NCBI GenBank assembly: GCA_001687465.1
Contig: LVLI01000156.1
Coordinates: 1 to 64,000 of the forward strand
Origin: Halocafeteria seosinensis
Taxonomy: Eukaryota
Length of the DNA stretch: 64,000 nt
Reading direction: 5' to 3'
Under the pieces are notes generated by a model. The model was not told the origin of the DNA and searched no databases. It worked only from the letters and a program-made list of their open reading frames with translations. Position 1 is the first letter of the stretch. Each line of letters starts with the position of its first letter. The position numbers were made by a program, and so were the translations under genes. Below, in pieces: positions 13,251 to 24,326 of the stretch.

Positions 13251-14989
13251 ATGGCGGCAGACGAACGGAAGAGCAAGGAATGCGGAATGGGGAAACTGGA
13301 AGAACAAGCTACTACGTATCCGGGTGTGATCAATACTTCCAGCGTAAGTTCTTCGAACGGAGTCCATGTGTTCTCACGGTGTGAGTCTGACACACACCCA
13401 CACTTTGACTGCTGAGCTACAGGAATCGCCCATATTCAACACGACGACGGCTAAGAGCTGGAACAAAGTCCATGTCCAAAACGGTAAAAAGGGAGTAGAT
13501 CACGACAAAGGAGACTTGCTATCTGTGCCTACCCCTCTTGACCCAGAAGCGGGCCATACGCCTTCTTCGCTGACACTCTACGGGGCTGAGACTTCATCCA
13601 CCTTCCCTTGCGAAGATTCTGTTACAATTAGACAACGGAATGACGTTGCTTTTAAAGGCAGGCGCCGTTTTCTGTCCTCATTTGATAATCCCGAACCTAC
13701 TAGGCAGCAGACACAGGAACCGTGGCGTACGTACCGGACGTGTTGGTAGCATCTGTTTCTAGTGGTGATATCTTTCGCCCTTGCAGTTGATGATATGGCT
13801 GAAACCCGATCAGAAAGGCGGAAATTCGCTCCACCTCGAGAGGATACTGACAAGGCACAGGTATGTGAGATGACACGCAAGGAGTATCTCATGCATTCTA
13901 TCACAATGGATAGCACATATGTTGTGTATGTTTGACAGTTAACTCGCGGCCGACGTTCTAGCGAGAATGATCGTGGCTCGTCACTGAGGAAGCCTGTTTG
14001 GTTTAGTCGGTGCTTGATATGCAGAATTACTGAAAATGATGTACGTTCCGTTACTACCGCGCGGATATTCTTCTTATGAACCGGTCATATTCACGTTACA
14101 GATGCCGGACAACGACACGGATTCGGTGCTACAGAGAAACGAGACGCGTAGTGGCCGGCGACGAAGGAAAACACACAAGTATTCTTCAAGGCAGATTGTC
14201 CCCATATTGCCCCCACGAAATAGATCGGAACCAGTAAGCCGCAGTATTCTCATAACCATATACAACGAAAATGCCGAAAGCGCTGTCCTCGCGAGTGCAG
14301 GTATCAACTAAGAAGAAAATGTTGCCGATTCCCAGAAAAACAGATAACAAACCATGCCTTGTGTTGGATCTTGACGAAACTTTGGTTCATAGCTCGTTCC
14401 AGGTTCGTGCTGTATTACGTCCGATGGTTCTGATGGTTCTCTCGACAATTTGTTTACCGGTGTATCCCTGAGCTCGCAGAGAGTCAAGACAGCCGACTTC
14501 GTGGTCACTGCGAAAGTCGATGAGAATCCTCTTAGTATTTACGTAATTAAGCGCCCCTTTGTCCATGAGTTCCTGAAAACGTTGGCACAAAAATACGAAA
14601 TCGGTATTTTTACAGCAAGCCAGAAGGAATATGCAGAAAAAGTGGTAGAGCGCCTAAATGCGGATGGAACTATTCAATGGACCTTGTATCGCGAGTCTTG
14701 CACACTGTATAGGGGACAGCGGGTCAAGGATTTGAATCGCCTGCCTCGGCAACTTTCCAGAACGATCATCGTAGACGATAGGGACACCTCGTTCTTATTT
14801 CAGCCGGAAAATGGTATTGAATGCCTGCCATTCTATGGGAATGCCGAGGATGTTGAGTTGAAGAGCCTTCAAGGATTTCTTTTGGAGGCAAGCGACTCGG
14901 AGGGCCTGCTAGACCGTTTGAGGATGTTCGATCAATACCGGGACAATGTCGATAACGCAGTCCCTAATGAAAGCAAAAGTGAGAGTTAA
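13251..14989 (+). CDS. SCP/CTDSP-like HAD phosphatase, copy C, multi-exon
   Basis: KPCLVLDLDETLVHSSFQ, a shared intron and a complete NIF domain. The start (aaaATGG at 13251) is tentative. Confidence 0.82.
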
Positions 14990-15539
14990 CTAAGAACCAC
15001 CCCTTTTGTTTCTTGCATCTTGTAGCGACGGCTCATACGACGTTCGAGAATGCTCCAGAAAAAGTTGTCTGGAGCTATATGATAGACGCAGGAGCTTCCC
15101 GACACGCCGATTTACGATTCGATAGGAAATGTACAGGTTTCGAACAGTGACAGTCGTGGATCCAACATTGTCGCCGCAAATGTTTTCATTTCCCTGTTTC
15201 GAAAGCAGGTACGTGGCTTGCCGCACCGTAGTACCGGAGATCTCAGCGGATGTCAGTCAAGATACTAAGCGAACTCTAAGTGGATTGGTACCACTCTGTG
15301 TTGTAACATGCATACAGTTTGATGATTCACTTGTGGTTTTAATTTTGTACAAAATGTAATTTCTCATCGCTTTCCTCTTTCCTTAGCAGTCTTACACTGC
15401 TGTGAAACCATAAGTTGCACCCTGCGACCAAGATCCTATACCGCAACAACAGTGATACTGGTATGCCTTTTCGCTGCATGTAGCGGGTTTTGGATTTGTC
15501 TCCTTGAAGACAATAAATGCAAAGTGCGCGAAAAGATTC

Positions 15540-17086
15540 ATGAATTCACCTTTAAACAGTATTGTGGTGCCGGATAAAGTGCTCACCTCGTGGGCTGCCA
15601 GTAAGCCTGCGTCCTCACCTCGGGAGTCTCAGCTGATAGTGAGTTCAACATGTGTCGCCGTGCATGCAATGGTTATCATTTTCCCGTCCACTGGTCTCTT
15701 ATTTGTTTTGCAGCCTTCAGCATGTGGAGACTTTGAGTGCGAGTGTACTCCTTCCTGTAGTTCTGTGATGACAGTAACCAGCATTAAGTCTTCCTTCCGG
15801 TCCCTTGATGCGGGAAACAGTAAGACCCAACCTTTTGGGCTAGGATGTGAAGGGAACATCACATACATCGCTTATACTTCTTGTGGTATATCTGCAGATT
15901 CTAAGCTCTTGGGAAGAACACCAAGGGGAAACACTGCTCCTGGAAGAGGAAAGCCGTCTGCTGCCAAGGGTTGCACATCCAATGACGTTGCCAATCCCTG
16001 TGACCCGTCAACAAGCCTTCAGGAGGAGGCTCATGTTCAAGATTTTGAAATTTCGAAAAAAAATGACCCGGGCAAAAGACGTACCTTGTTTTGTCGATCT
16101 CTTCTTCAAGGCCTTATGTGCAATTCTTCGATAAACGTGGAGACTATGAAGAAGGTGCGGATGGTTAGAGTTCACAGACGAGTTAGAGTTGACTGACAGG
16201 CAATTGGCCGAGTGTAATGACGGCTGCAGAATACGGTTGTTCCTCAAGTCCCTTTGAACGATTTAGGGGCTCAGATCTTGGAGTCATCGACCTTTCCCCA
16301 TGAGAATGCGTCCGCAAATGCGTTTCAGGCCGAAGCAACGTTTATTGTGCAATCGACAACAAGAGTGAGACGGACGCGATCTATACCGGTAGGCAGTTTC
16401 GCTTGTCTGCTTCTGAAATATCCCGCACGCAAACGTGTCATATTCCACAGGAATATCGCCGTGGGAAAACGGCGTGCGTCCCTCCGAAGAAAGATAATAA
16501 ACCAGTGTTGCTTCTCGATCTTGATGAAACGTTAGTTCATAGCACCTTCAAGGTATGTCCTATTCCGTGTTTCTGTGGAACTTCTTCATTCGTAGCACCG
16601 ACGTCCATGTGCGGGCAGTATACGACACGAGCACACTACAGGTTGGAAGTCACAATGGGAAAGAAATTGGTGCCCATCTACGTCATCAAGCGTCCTTTCG
16701 TTGAACGATTTTTGAGCAAACTATCAGGAAAATACGAAATTGGGATCTTCACAGCTAGCATGGCAACATACGCTGAGTCTCTCCTGGCACGTCTAGATCC
16801 TGAAGGACATATCAGATGGGCGCTGTATCGTGACTCCTGTACCTTCTACAGAGGAAGCTGGGTGAAAAATCTTTCTAACTTACCCCGTGAATTGACACGA
16901 ACTATTATCATCGATGACAGGAAGAGTTCGTTTCAGTTCCACCCGGAAAATGGGGTTGAGTGCCGACCGTTTTATGGGGACGCAACTGATGACGAGCTAC
17001 TGAAGCTGGAACGTCTTCTGTTTGACCTAAACGTGAATACAGCCGATTTACGGCCACTGATCAATCCGTGGATCAATTGTGCTTGA
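15540..17086 (+). CDS. SCP/CTDSP-like HAD phosphatase, copy D, multi-exon
   Basis: KPVLLLDLDETLVHSTFK, a shared intron, then VIKRPFVERFL...FTASMATYA...IIDD...HPENGV. The 5' end is uncertain. Confidence 0.78.
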
Positions 17087-17615
17087 GTTTTAGGAGCCTT
17101 CTACGTCTATACACGATCACCCCTGGTTTATCATAAGAAAGTGATCAGGATGATGTGTCATTGATTGACGCTGCGTACAGTGTACAGTGAACTGTTACCC
17201 GTTTTGGCCTTGTACACGCGATACATTTGCAGTTGTAGTTCCGTCGTCGTGGAACACAAACAAATTGGGAATACCATAACATTACGATCCAAGATATCTA
17301 CTCTTTCAAACGCAGTAAAAAACTTTGAGTCAGTCTGTGCAACGTCTGTCTAACGTTGGTTGCCCCACGCACACGCAGGCTTCCTTCGCACCTTCACAAG
17401 TGTCGTGCCTGGTACAGCATGCTGCTGCTGCAGTGCTGCATACAGATGGCACCGCATGATGACGTCGTCATAACGAATCGTTGACGATTCGACGAAAGAC
17501 TTGTCAGCTGGAGATACAGCAGACAAGACATCGATGCTTGTGTTTCCCCCTCTGTGTCAACTCGAGAACAGTTGATGATGCGACTTCTTTCACAGACGAA
17601 ATGACATGAAGCACA

Positions 17616-19408
17616 ATGCCGCAATGGATAGACCTGACAGACTACTGGAAGGAAGAGTGTCTTCCTTACTATGACACCAAGTGGTTCGAGCGACGAAAGC
17701 AGCATATGGCGCCCACATATGGACAAGATAAGAATGTGCCACTGCTTACGAAACAAGTCCTGAAGGAGGAGGAGGAGAACTCGACAGAATTTCATGGAAG
17801 GCCGATACGAGGCTGTCCCTGTTACGGTAAGGCAACTAGCTCTTTTCTTCAAAATGCAGCACGTTAAGTCGGCAGTTCGTTGTCGATTGCAGTGCACATC
17901 ATAGGATGGTATCTGACCGAGGAAGAAGTCCGTGAAACACTCCATGAGAAGTCTAGTTTGGAAGACGCTACGCTGGAAAAATCCAGAATCTTTTATTCAA
18001 CGTAGGTCGAGTGATAATAAGTCCTGAATTGTTTGGTCCTTCGAAAAAGCTTGTTTTGCACGTTCAGACGATCCAAGTGGGGGAATCTCAACCTTGCAGG
18101 AGATGATGAACCAGTGCGAGTTCCACTGCTGCTCCAAACTCCAGAGCAGGCTTATTTTGAATCTAGTACGCCAAGTGCTCCCCCTTCAACAAATCCATAT
18201 ATGACACAGTATACTCATGAGGAAGCAGATTGGCATCCTCCCGGCTTCCATGCTGCTGTCAGTACTATGGGAATGGGGGAGAAGTCGCTGATCCTGTGCC
18301 ACCCCCTAGTTGGATACGGTCTCGAAACGGATGAATATTTTGGCAAAGTGCCGCAAAACTCCTTCCTCATATATGAGGTGATACTGACAGATTGGAAGGA
18401 AAGTCTTCCTCCGGTACCTTCCACCGTGCATACAATGAGATATAGACAGCAAAAAAGACAGGAGGAAGAACTTCAGGCTCGGGAATGCGAAATCTCATGG
18501 AAATCGCGAATCGATAAGGCCCATGAATTAAAGGATGAAGGCAACAAAAGCCTAAGTATAGGGAAGTTACAACAAGCAAAAGAAGCATACGATAAAGCGT
18601 TCTCTATTGTTTTCATAGAGCAGCAGTCCGCTTCGGTTTTAACTTCAAGAGAAGTGACTGCTCTGCGTTCGCTACGCACCGCCTTACACGCGAATAGAAG
18701 TTTAGTGAATCTGAAGCAGAAGAACGTATCTGCTGCCATCTGGGATATAAACAAGGTGAGTTCGACTTCCTCAGGTTTAGTGACATCCCTTCACTTTGCT
18801 TATCATGCTTCTAGCAGGCATTGGACAGCCAACCTTCGAATACAAAGTACATTTTTAGGAAGGCATCGGTGCGAAAGGAACGAATACGCCAACTGCTCGA
18901 AAAGCATATGGAAGAATTTTTCGATGCTGAAGCTCTTTTGGAAGATATTCAGAAAGCAAAACTGGAATTCTGTCAGAGTAGTGGGTTGTTGGAAAGAGAC
19001 GACGAAAATGCTGTAAAAACGTTTATCGAAAATTCCACTGAGCTAGTGATTCCCCCTTCAATGCGTCGGGATACGCCGCGCCCTTTAGACAACCCCTCGG
19101 CTGACGAAAATAAACTTCCGTGGAGCAGCGCTTTCGTCCGACGGACTACGGTGGTAAGTCTCTTGAAATCTGTACAGGAGTCTTCGGCACTCCAGACCAG
19201 CACCGAGAAGGCCCTTAGAGCGTTAGCGGAGTACGAACAGGAGACGATACGACTTCTAAAACAATACTGGAAGAAACAGACGGAACTGTACCGAGGGTCC
19301 ATGAGAGCATTCCATAAAGGACACTCTAGATGGGTGCAAAATACCTCTGGTGAACATGAAACGCCATCGGTTGACAGCCTTCCTGAACTGGAAGAAGTCG
19401 AGAGATGA
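17616..19408 (+). CDS. FKBP-type PPIase-like domain + TPR co-chaperone
   Basis: FKBP C-terminal signature (AVSTMGMGEKSLILCHPLVGYG...KVPQNSFLIYEVIL) followed by TPR helices (AHELKDEGNKSL...AKEAYDKAF...LHANRSLVNLKQKN). Introns lie near 17827-17892, 18002-18067 and 18756-18816. Confidence 0.75.
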
Positions 19409-19682
19409 TATAGTTGGGGTTTATCAGGCCGTTGATTTCTTAATCGATGTGTATTGATGGTGATAAGCATTCGCATCAAACTAGACATCAGCATGTATAC
19501 ACAATAAACGAACTACTCCCGAGGGTACACTCAGGCCCCCGACAGCGTATTACCCTTCCCAAGGCCTTCTCAAAGGTGCTCTCCATCCTATTTTCGAAGG
19601 AATAGATTAGGGTGATATACATTCATCGTGTTAAGGTGTTTACATGATCGAAGGGAGAAACAGAAAACACCGTTCAGCCTTC

Positions 19683-20585
19683 TTACTCCTTGGCAGTTTC
19701 CTCGAAGTCTACATCCGGCACATCGTCATCATCATCTACACCACCGGTGGCAGCTCCACTGCTTTCAGTCGCTTTGCCTTGCTGTTGCTGTCCTTTCTGC
19801 AAAGAATCCGTCAACTTTTGTAAATATTGGAGACTGTCGTTCCCAAGTTGGCTTAAGATACCGGGGAGCAGCTCTTGCATGGATTTTGTTTCGCCCTTTC
19901 CAGTTACTACGTATGTGTTAGCACTGATGTTGGCTTGCACTTTCGGGGTATCAAAGTGGAGTATATTTCCATCCTCTTGGAATAAATTAACTTCTTCGAT
20001 GCCGGGAATGGCCGTCAAGCCGAGACGCTTCAAGGTGCTTTGTAACTTTTTGTCGTCTGTTGAGGCTGGCTTGTGTAATTTTTTCTGCTTTCGGCGCATC
20101 GTTCCTTTGCCTCCAACGCGTGTATTCTGCAAGTAAAAAATTCATAACACGCTCATGTAAACCCATGGTTTGATGGACGCATTCGGCTTGACCACATTCA
20201 CTTACCCCGGCAGCCTTCGCGAAGCGCTGCTTTAGTTGTTGCCTGTAAGGGTAAAAAGGAGCAAAACGCCGGATGAATGAACAGAACCACTCGATAACAT
20301 TCGATCATGCCTCCTCCTATGAGAGCCAATGAAATGAACCACATCATCGCCACGATTTGACCGACCCGATCTTGATCGGTTTGAGCCAGGGGAGACCACG
20401 GGGTTCCGAGACACCCCTATGCTTTTTGTAGTTTCCTAAGGCGAACACCAGAGGGTGTCACAAACGCTATCCATTGTGGTTCCCCCAGATTACTCCTTCC
20501 ACACTCTAACATGAATCCTTCTCGCCCAAGATGAGAGCTTTCTAGCTATCACTATAACATACCTTGCTTCATCGACGTCCGACAT
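19683..20585 (-). CDS. BTF3: Nascent polypeptide-associated complex subunit beta (BTF3/EGD1); exons 20585-20563, 20242-20206, 20126-19683
   Basis: The spliced product MSDVDEARQQLKQRFAKAAGNTRVGGKGTMRRK...DDKKLQSTLKRLG...IPGIEEVNLF...PKVQANISANTYVVTG...ELLPGILSQLG is a canonical NAC-beta. Confidence 0.95.
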
Positions 20586-20926
20586 TGTGTCTAATATTAC
20601 AAAGGGTCGCCTTTGTGCCTTTCCTAACTCAAATGGAAGGGATTAGAGCCTTATTACAAGCTCTTCACGAGGTCAATGCGTACACTCTCAGTATACGATG
20701 GTAGTAGAGAGAATCGCGTTTCTCTCATAGATATCTGAATCGATTCTGTGGGTATTACATGGTGTATAAGTGGGCTCAAAGACTCCATGTCTTTCCAAGA
20801 CCGGATATGTGGCAGAAATGATTGTGGCGTTGAAGTTGGCAGCTTACAGGCTTGGAAAAGCAACACCTTGGATCTTTGCCTGTGGATTGAAACCTTCTCT
20901 ATGGACCGATCTGTTATTTTCTCGTC

Positions 20927-22665
20927 ATGAATCGTCGCTCACACAGTCCTATATCCTCTCCACAACGTCATCGACGTGATGATGGAGAGCAACAAAGTCG
21001 AAACAAAGCGTCAAAGAGGACACAATCTCAAAATAGGACGACCCAAGGTGGGGAAAATGGCCAAGAACCGGAGCCTGCCTTCGATGTGGGTGACAGTGAC
21101 GCTTTATACGAACAGTTCATGTATGGGTATGAGCGTGTGAACGATGAGCAACAGCGGTGGCAAGAGAATGAGACGGCAGACTCGGCCGCTGAACGAGCAA
21201 TGCGTGCTGCTGAAGAAGCGTTAAAGCCGACTTCATTGGATTTAGAGGAAAACCAAGAACAATACTCATATGAACATGATGACAGTCATCGTACCTATAC
21301 AAGGGGAAACGCTGGAACCCGTCGCGAAGAGAGTGCTGAGAGTATGGCTTCCGAAACAACGTCGTACCAGCAACCGTCTTCATTTCAAAACTACGGTCAG
21401 ACTACACCACCGCATGAATATTCAAACAGACAGTCCCCCCAAATGAACGCAAGCACATCTTCGGCTCAAGCAAATGTACAAGGGAAGAGTGTGACAGGAG
21501 GAGGACCGACCAGTCCTGGAAGTCAGGGCTCTCCTCACTCCAGAATTCCCGTGCGAAGATCCGGCTTCGAATCGTCATCTCCTTCTAAACAACGTCCTCA
21601 TACCTCTCCCCCCAAGAGTTCTCCAAACACTGCAAGGACTCGTACCTCCAATTCTGCGCGCACCTCGTCATCTGCGGCCGGCGGTTCTAAACCCACAGGG
21701 AAAAGCAGTGCAGAAACATCTACTCAAGCAGCCAAACCTCGGAAGTCGGCTTCCGGGGCATCAAAATCTAATGCACCTCCCAAAAAGTCTTCTGCAGCTG
21801 CTGCAACTACAAATTCTTCGTCTACCTCAGGAAAACCTCCGCAGAAAGCAGCAGGCTCAAGCTGGAAGCTAAACCAACAGCTTACGCCTTCTTTCTCTTG
21901 TGAAGTGGACAACAATCTACCAGCTTCGGCTCAAATTACTTATCTTACTTCTCAACTCAATATTGCCCACGATGAGTATGTTTCTCTGGCAAGCTACACT
22001 AAGGATATTTCGGAGCAACTCAACGCGCTTCAACAAAGCCAGCAGAAGGAGCAAAACGAGATCAAGCGCCTACGGAAAGAAGTACAGCGGGAGCAAAATG
22101 AAAAACGACAACATCAGAAAAATGAGTAAGTTCTTTTATCCCCATGCTATCATAGCAAACATTGAATATCTGTTAAATGTTACCACAGGGAAGATATGAC
22201 AAAGCGACTGAACGACCTATCGGATCGGCTTAAGGAGCTCCAGAAAGAAAGAACAGAAAAGGCGAAAGCAGCCAAAGAAGCTGATGATCAAGCAAGTAAC
22301 AAAGATATTCGATTAAATCGTGCTCTTGACTCCAACAACAAGCTGAAACAAAGAGTACAAGAATTGGAAGAAATGCTAAAGGAGGTAAATTCCTATTGTT
22401 GTGTTTTCTGGTACCAACCCGCTTAATGCTATGTCCCTTATAAACGCAGCGAAACACCGACGAAAAGGAAACTGTAAATCAGTTACGCAAGGATATGAGG
22501 AAATTAGAAAGGCAGAAATCCGAACTTGTGGCGGGTTTTAAGAAGCAAATGCGGCTCATTGACATTCTTAAGCGTCAAAAGATCCACATGGAAGCTGCTA
22601 GGTTACTGACATTCACAGAGGATGAATTTTCGAAGACGTTAGAACACGGCAAAGACCTTGTGTGA
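20927..22665 (+). CDS. TEX9: TEX9-like coiled-coil (centriolar/ciliary) protein; exons 20927-22125, 22189-22384, 22450-22665
   Basis: The spliced C-terminus LERQKSELVAGFKKQMRLIDILKRQKIHMEAARLLTFTEDEFSKTLE matches the conserved TEX9 C-terminal motif as I recall it. The N-terminus is S/P-rich and low complexity. Confidence 0.8.
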
Positions 22666-22916
22666 ATGGACCACGAAATGATCAGTATAGGCTCTCTGCT
22701 TACATTAATGTACAGCCTCCGTCTTGCTTCTCCATGAAGCTGTATCATCGTAGCCTCTCCGCCAATGTGTAACTGAAGTGTCTAATTCTTTGTGAAGATA
22801 GACATACTCTTCTGTTGCCACGTACGAGGATTGTTACAGTGCAAACTAAATTGTACTCTCTGTACAGTTTAGTCAAATAGTAGTACTGGTGGTAGTGGTC
22901 CTCGTCCTTGTATAGT

Positions 22917-24221
22917 ATGGCTGCGCAGAAGAGGAGGCCTGGAACGGCGACTCCTCCCGCGGATCCCGGTGACGATTCCAAGGGAACGAGCAAGCAGTCC
23001 ATATTGATCATTTCGATTCTGTTCGTGCTGGGTGGATGCGCTCTCAACAACATCGCTTTGGAGTTTTTGATCAAAGAAGATCTGATCCCGTATGCGTATA
23101 AATCTTCCGGATCCCTAATTACGGTTCTACAGTATGGATTCATCGTGGTCATGACGGCTTCCAGTGCCCTGCAACCACTGTATTTCCCACAAATTTTGAA
23201 GCCTCGGACAATACCACTGAAGCACTACGCACTCATGGCCTCTATCGCCGGACTCGCCAGTTGGCTCAATAACATCTCGTTCGCGTACAACATCTCGCAA
23301 CCAACGCATATGGTATTTCGGAGTTCAGGGTTGGTAATTTCGTTCATCATTGGGTACTGCATATTTTCGAAACCTTACACAGTTAAACAAGGACTAGCAG
23401 TACTGGCAGTGACGCTAGGCGCTGTCCTAACTACATACGCTGAAATGACCGAAGGCGACACTGCCAAGAAGTCCGAAGCAGCGAATTCCTCATCCCCTGA
23501 TTCCTGTCCCAGTTGCGGTGGCCCAGGCTCCACGACTCCAGCTTGGAGTTTTATCGACTCGTTAACGTCTTTTAGAATCGTTCAGGATCTTTGGAATGCG
23601 CTGACGACAAACAGCAATGATGAGAACGGATCTCGGTATTTCCTCGTTTGGTGCATTGGGATGTGTATACTCACTTCAGTTATCTTCCTACATACAATGC
23701 TCGGACAAATCCAGAACAAGATATACAATATCTACGGAAAAAATCCTCAGGAAAACTTATTTTACACGCACCTGATCCCTTTAGTAGGGTATTTTGCAAT
23801 GTTCTACAACGAGATACCAAAAGTGGTGGGCAAATGGAACGAGTCTCCAACAGTTGCTGAAGTCGTGGGCTCAGCGGATACTCCCGACACGGCTGGAACC
23901 ATAATTTACCTACTATCTTTTGGAAACATGATCCCCGGAATTGAATATGTACCGGTGATGTGGTGGTTTGCGGCATGGAATGTCGTTACGCAATATATAT
24001 GTCTTTCTGGGGTGTTCCGGCTCTTTAGTCATGCAGATGCCTTGACAGCTACTCTGGTCATGACAGTCAGGAAATGCCTCAGCTTACTGCTTTCGGTTAA
24101 GCTTTTCGATAACACTTTCACTGATCTCCATTGGATAGGAGCTAGTCTAGTCTTTTCTGCGGCACTATATTACAGTACGACTCCCGCGACTAGCAACAGT
24201 GGGAAAAAGAAGAATGAATGA
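22917..24221 (+). CDS. SLC35B4: Nucleotide-sugar transporter, UAA family (SLC35B4/YEA4-like UDP-Xyl/UDP-GlcNAc transporter)
   Basis: Multi-pass membrane protein with GGCALNNIALE, LNNISFAYNISQPTHMVFRS, ENLFYTH, NVVTQYICLSGV and TVRKCLSLLLS motifs and a C-terminal dilysine (KKKNE). Intronless. Confidence 0.85.
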   Translation: MAAQKRRPGTATPPADPGDDSKGTSKQSILIISILFVLGGCALNNIALEFLIKEDLIPYAYKSSGSLITVLQYGFIVVMTASSALQPLYFPQILKPRTIPLKHYALMASIAGLASWLNNISFAYNISQPTHMVFRSSGLVISFIIGYCIFSKPYTVKQGLAVLAVTLGAVLTTYAEMTEGDTAKKSEAANSSSPDSCPSCGGPGSTTPAWSFIDSLTSFRIVQDLWNALTTNSNDENGSRYFLVWCIGMCILTSVIFLHTMLGQIQNKIYNIYGKNPQENLFYTHLIPLVGYFAMFYNEIPKVVGKWNESPTVAEVVGSADTPDTAGTIIYLLSFGNMIPGIEYVPVMWWFAAWNVVTQYICLSGVFRLFSHADALTATLVMTVRKCLSLLLSVKLFDNTFTDLHWIGASLVFSAALYYSTTPATSNSGKKKNE

Positions 24222-24326
24222 ACGGGTCCATGTGAAGAATCCGCCATTGGTACACATTGGTTCCGTTTATTGTATTTATATAAATATTCGAAGCAGCAGC
24301 TCACGGTACCACGGCGTTTGGCAGAA

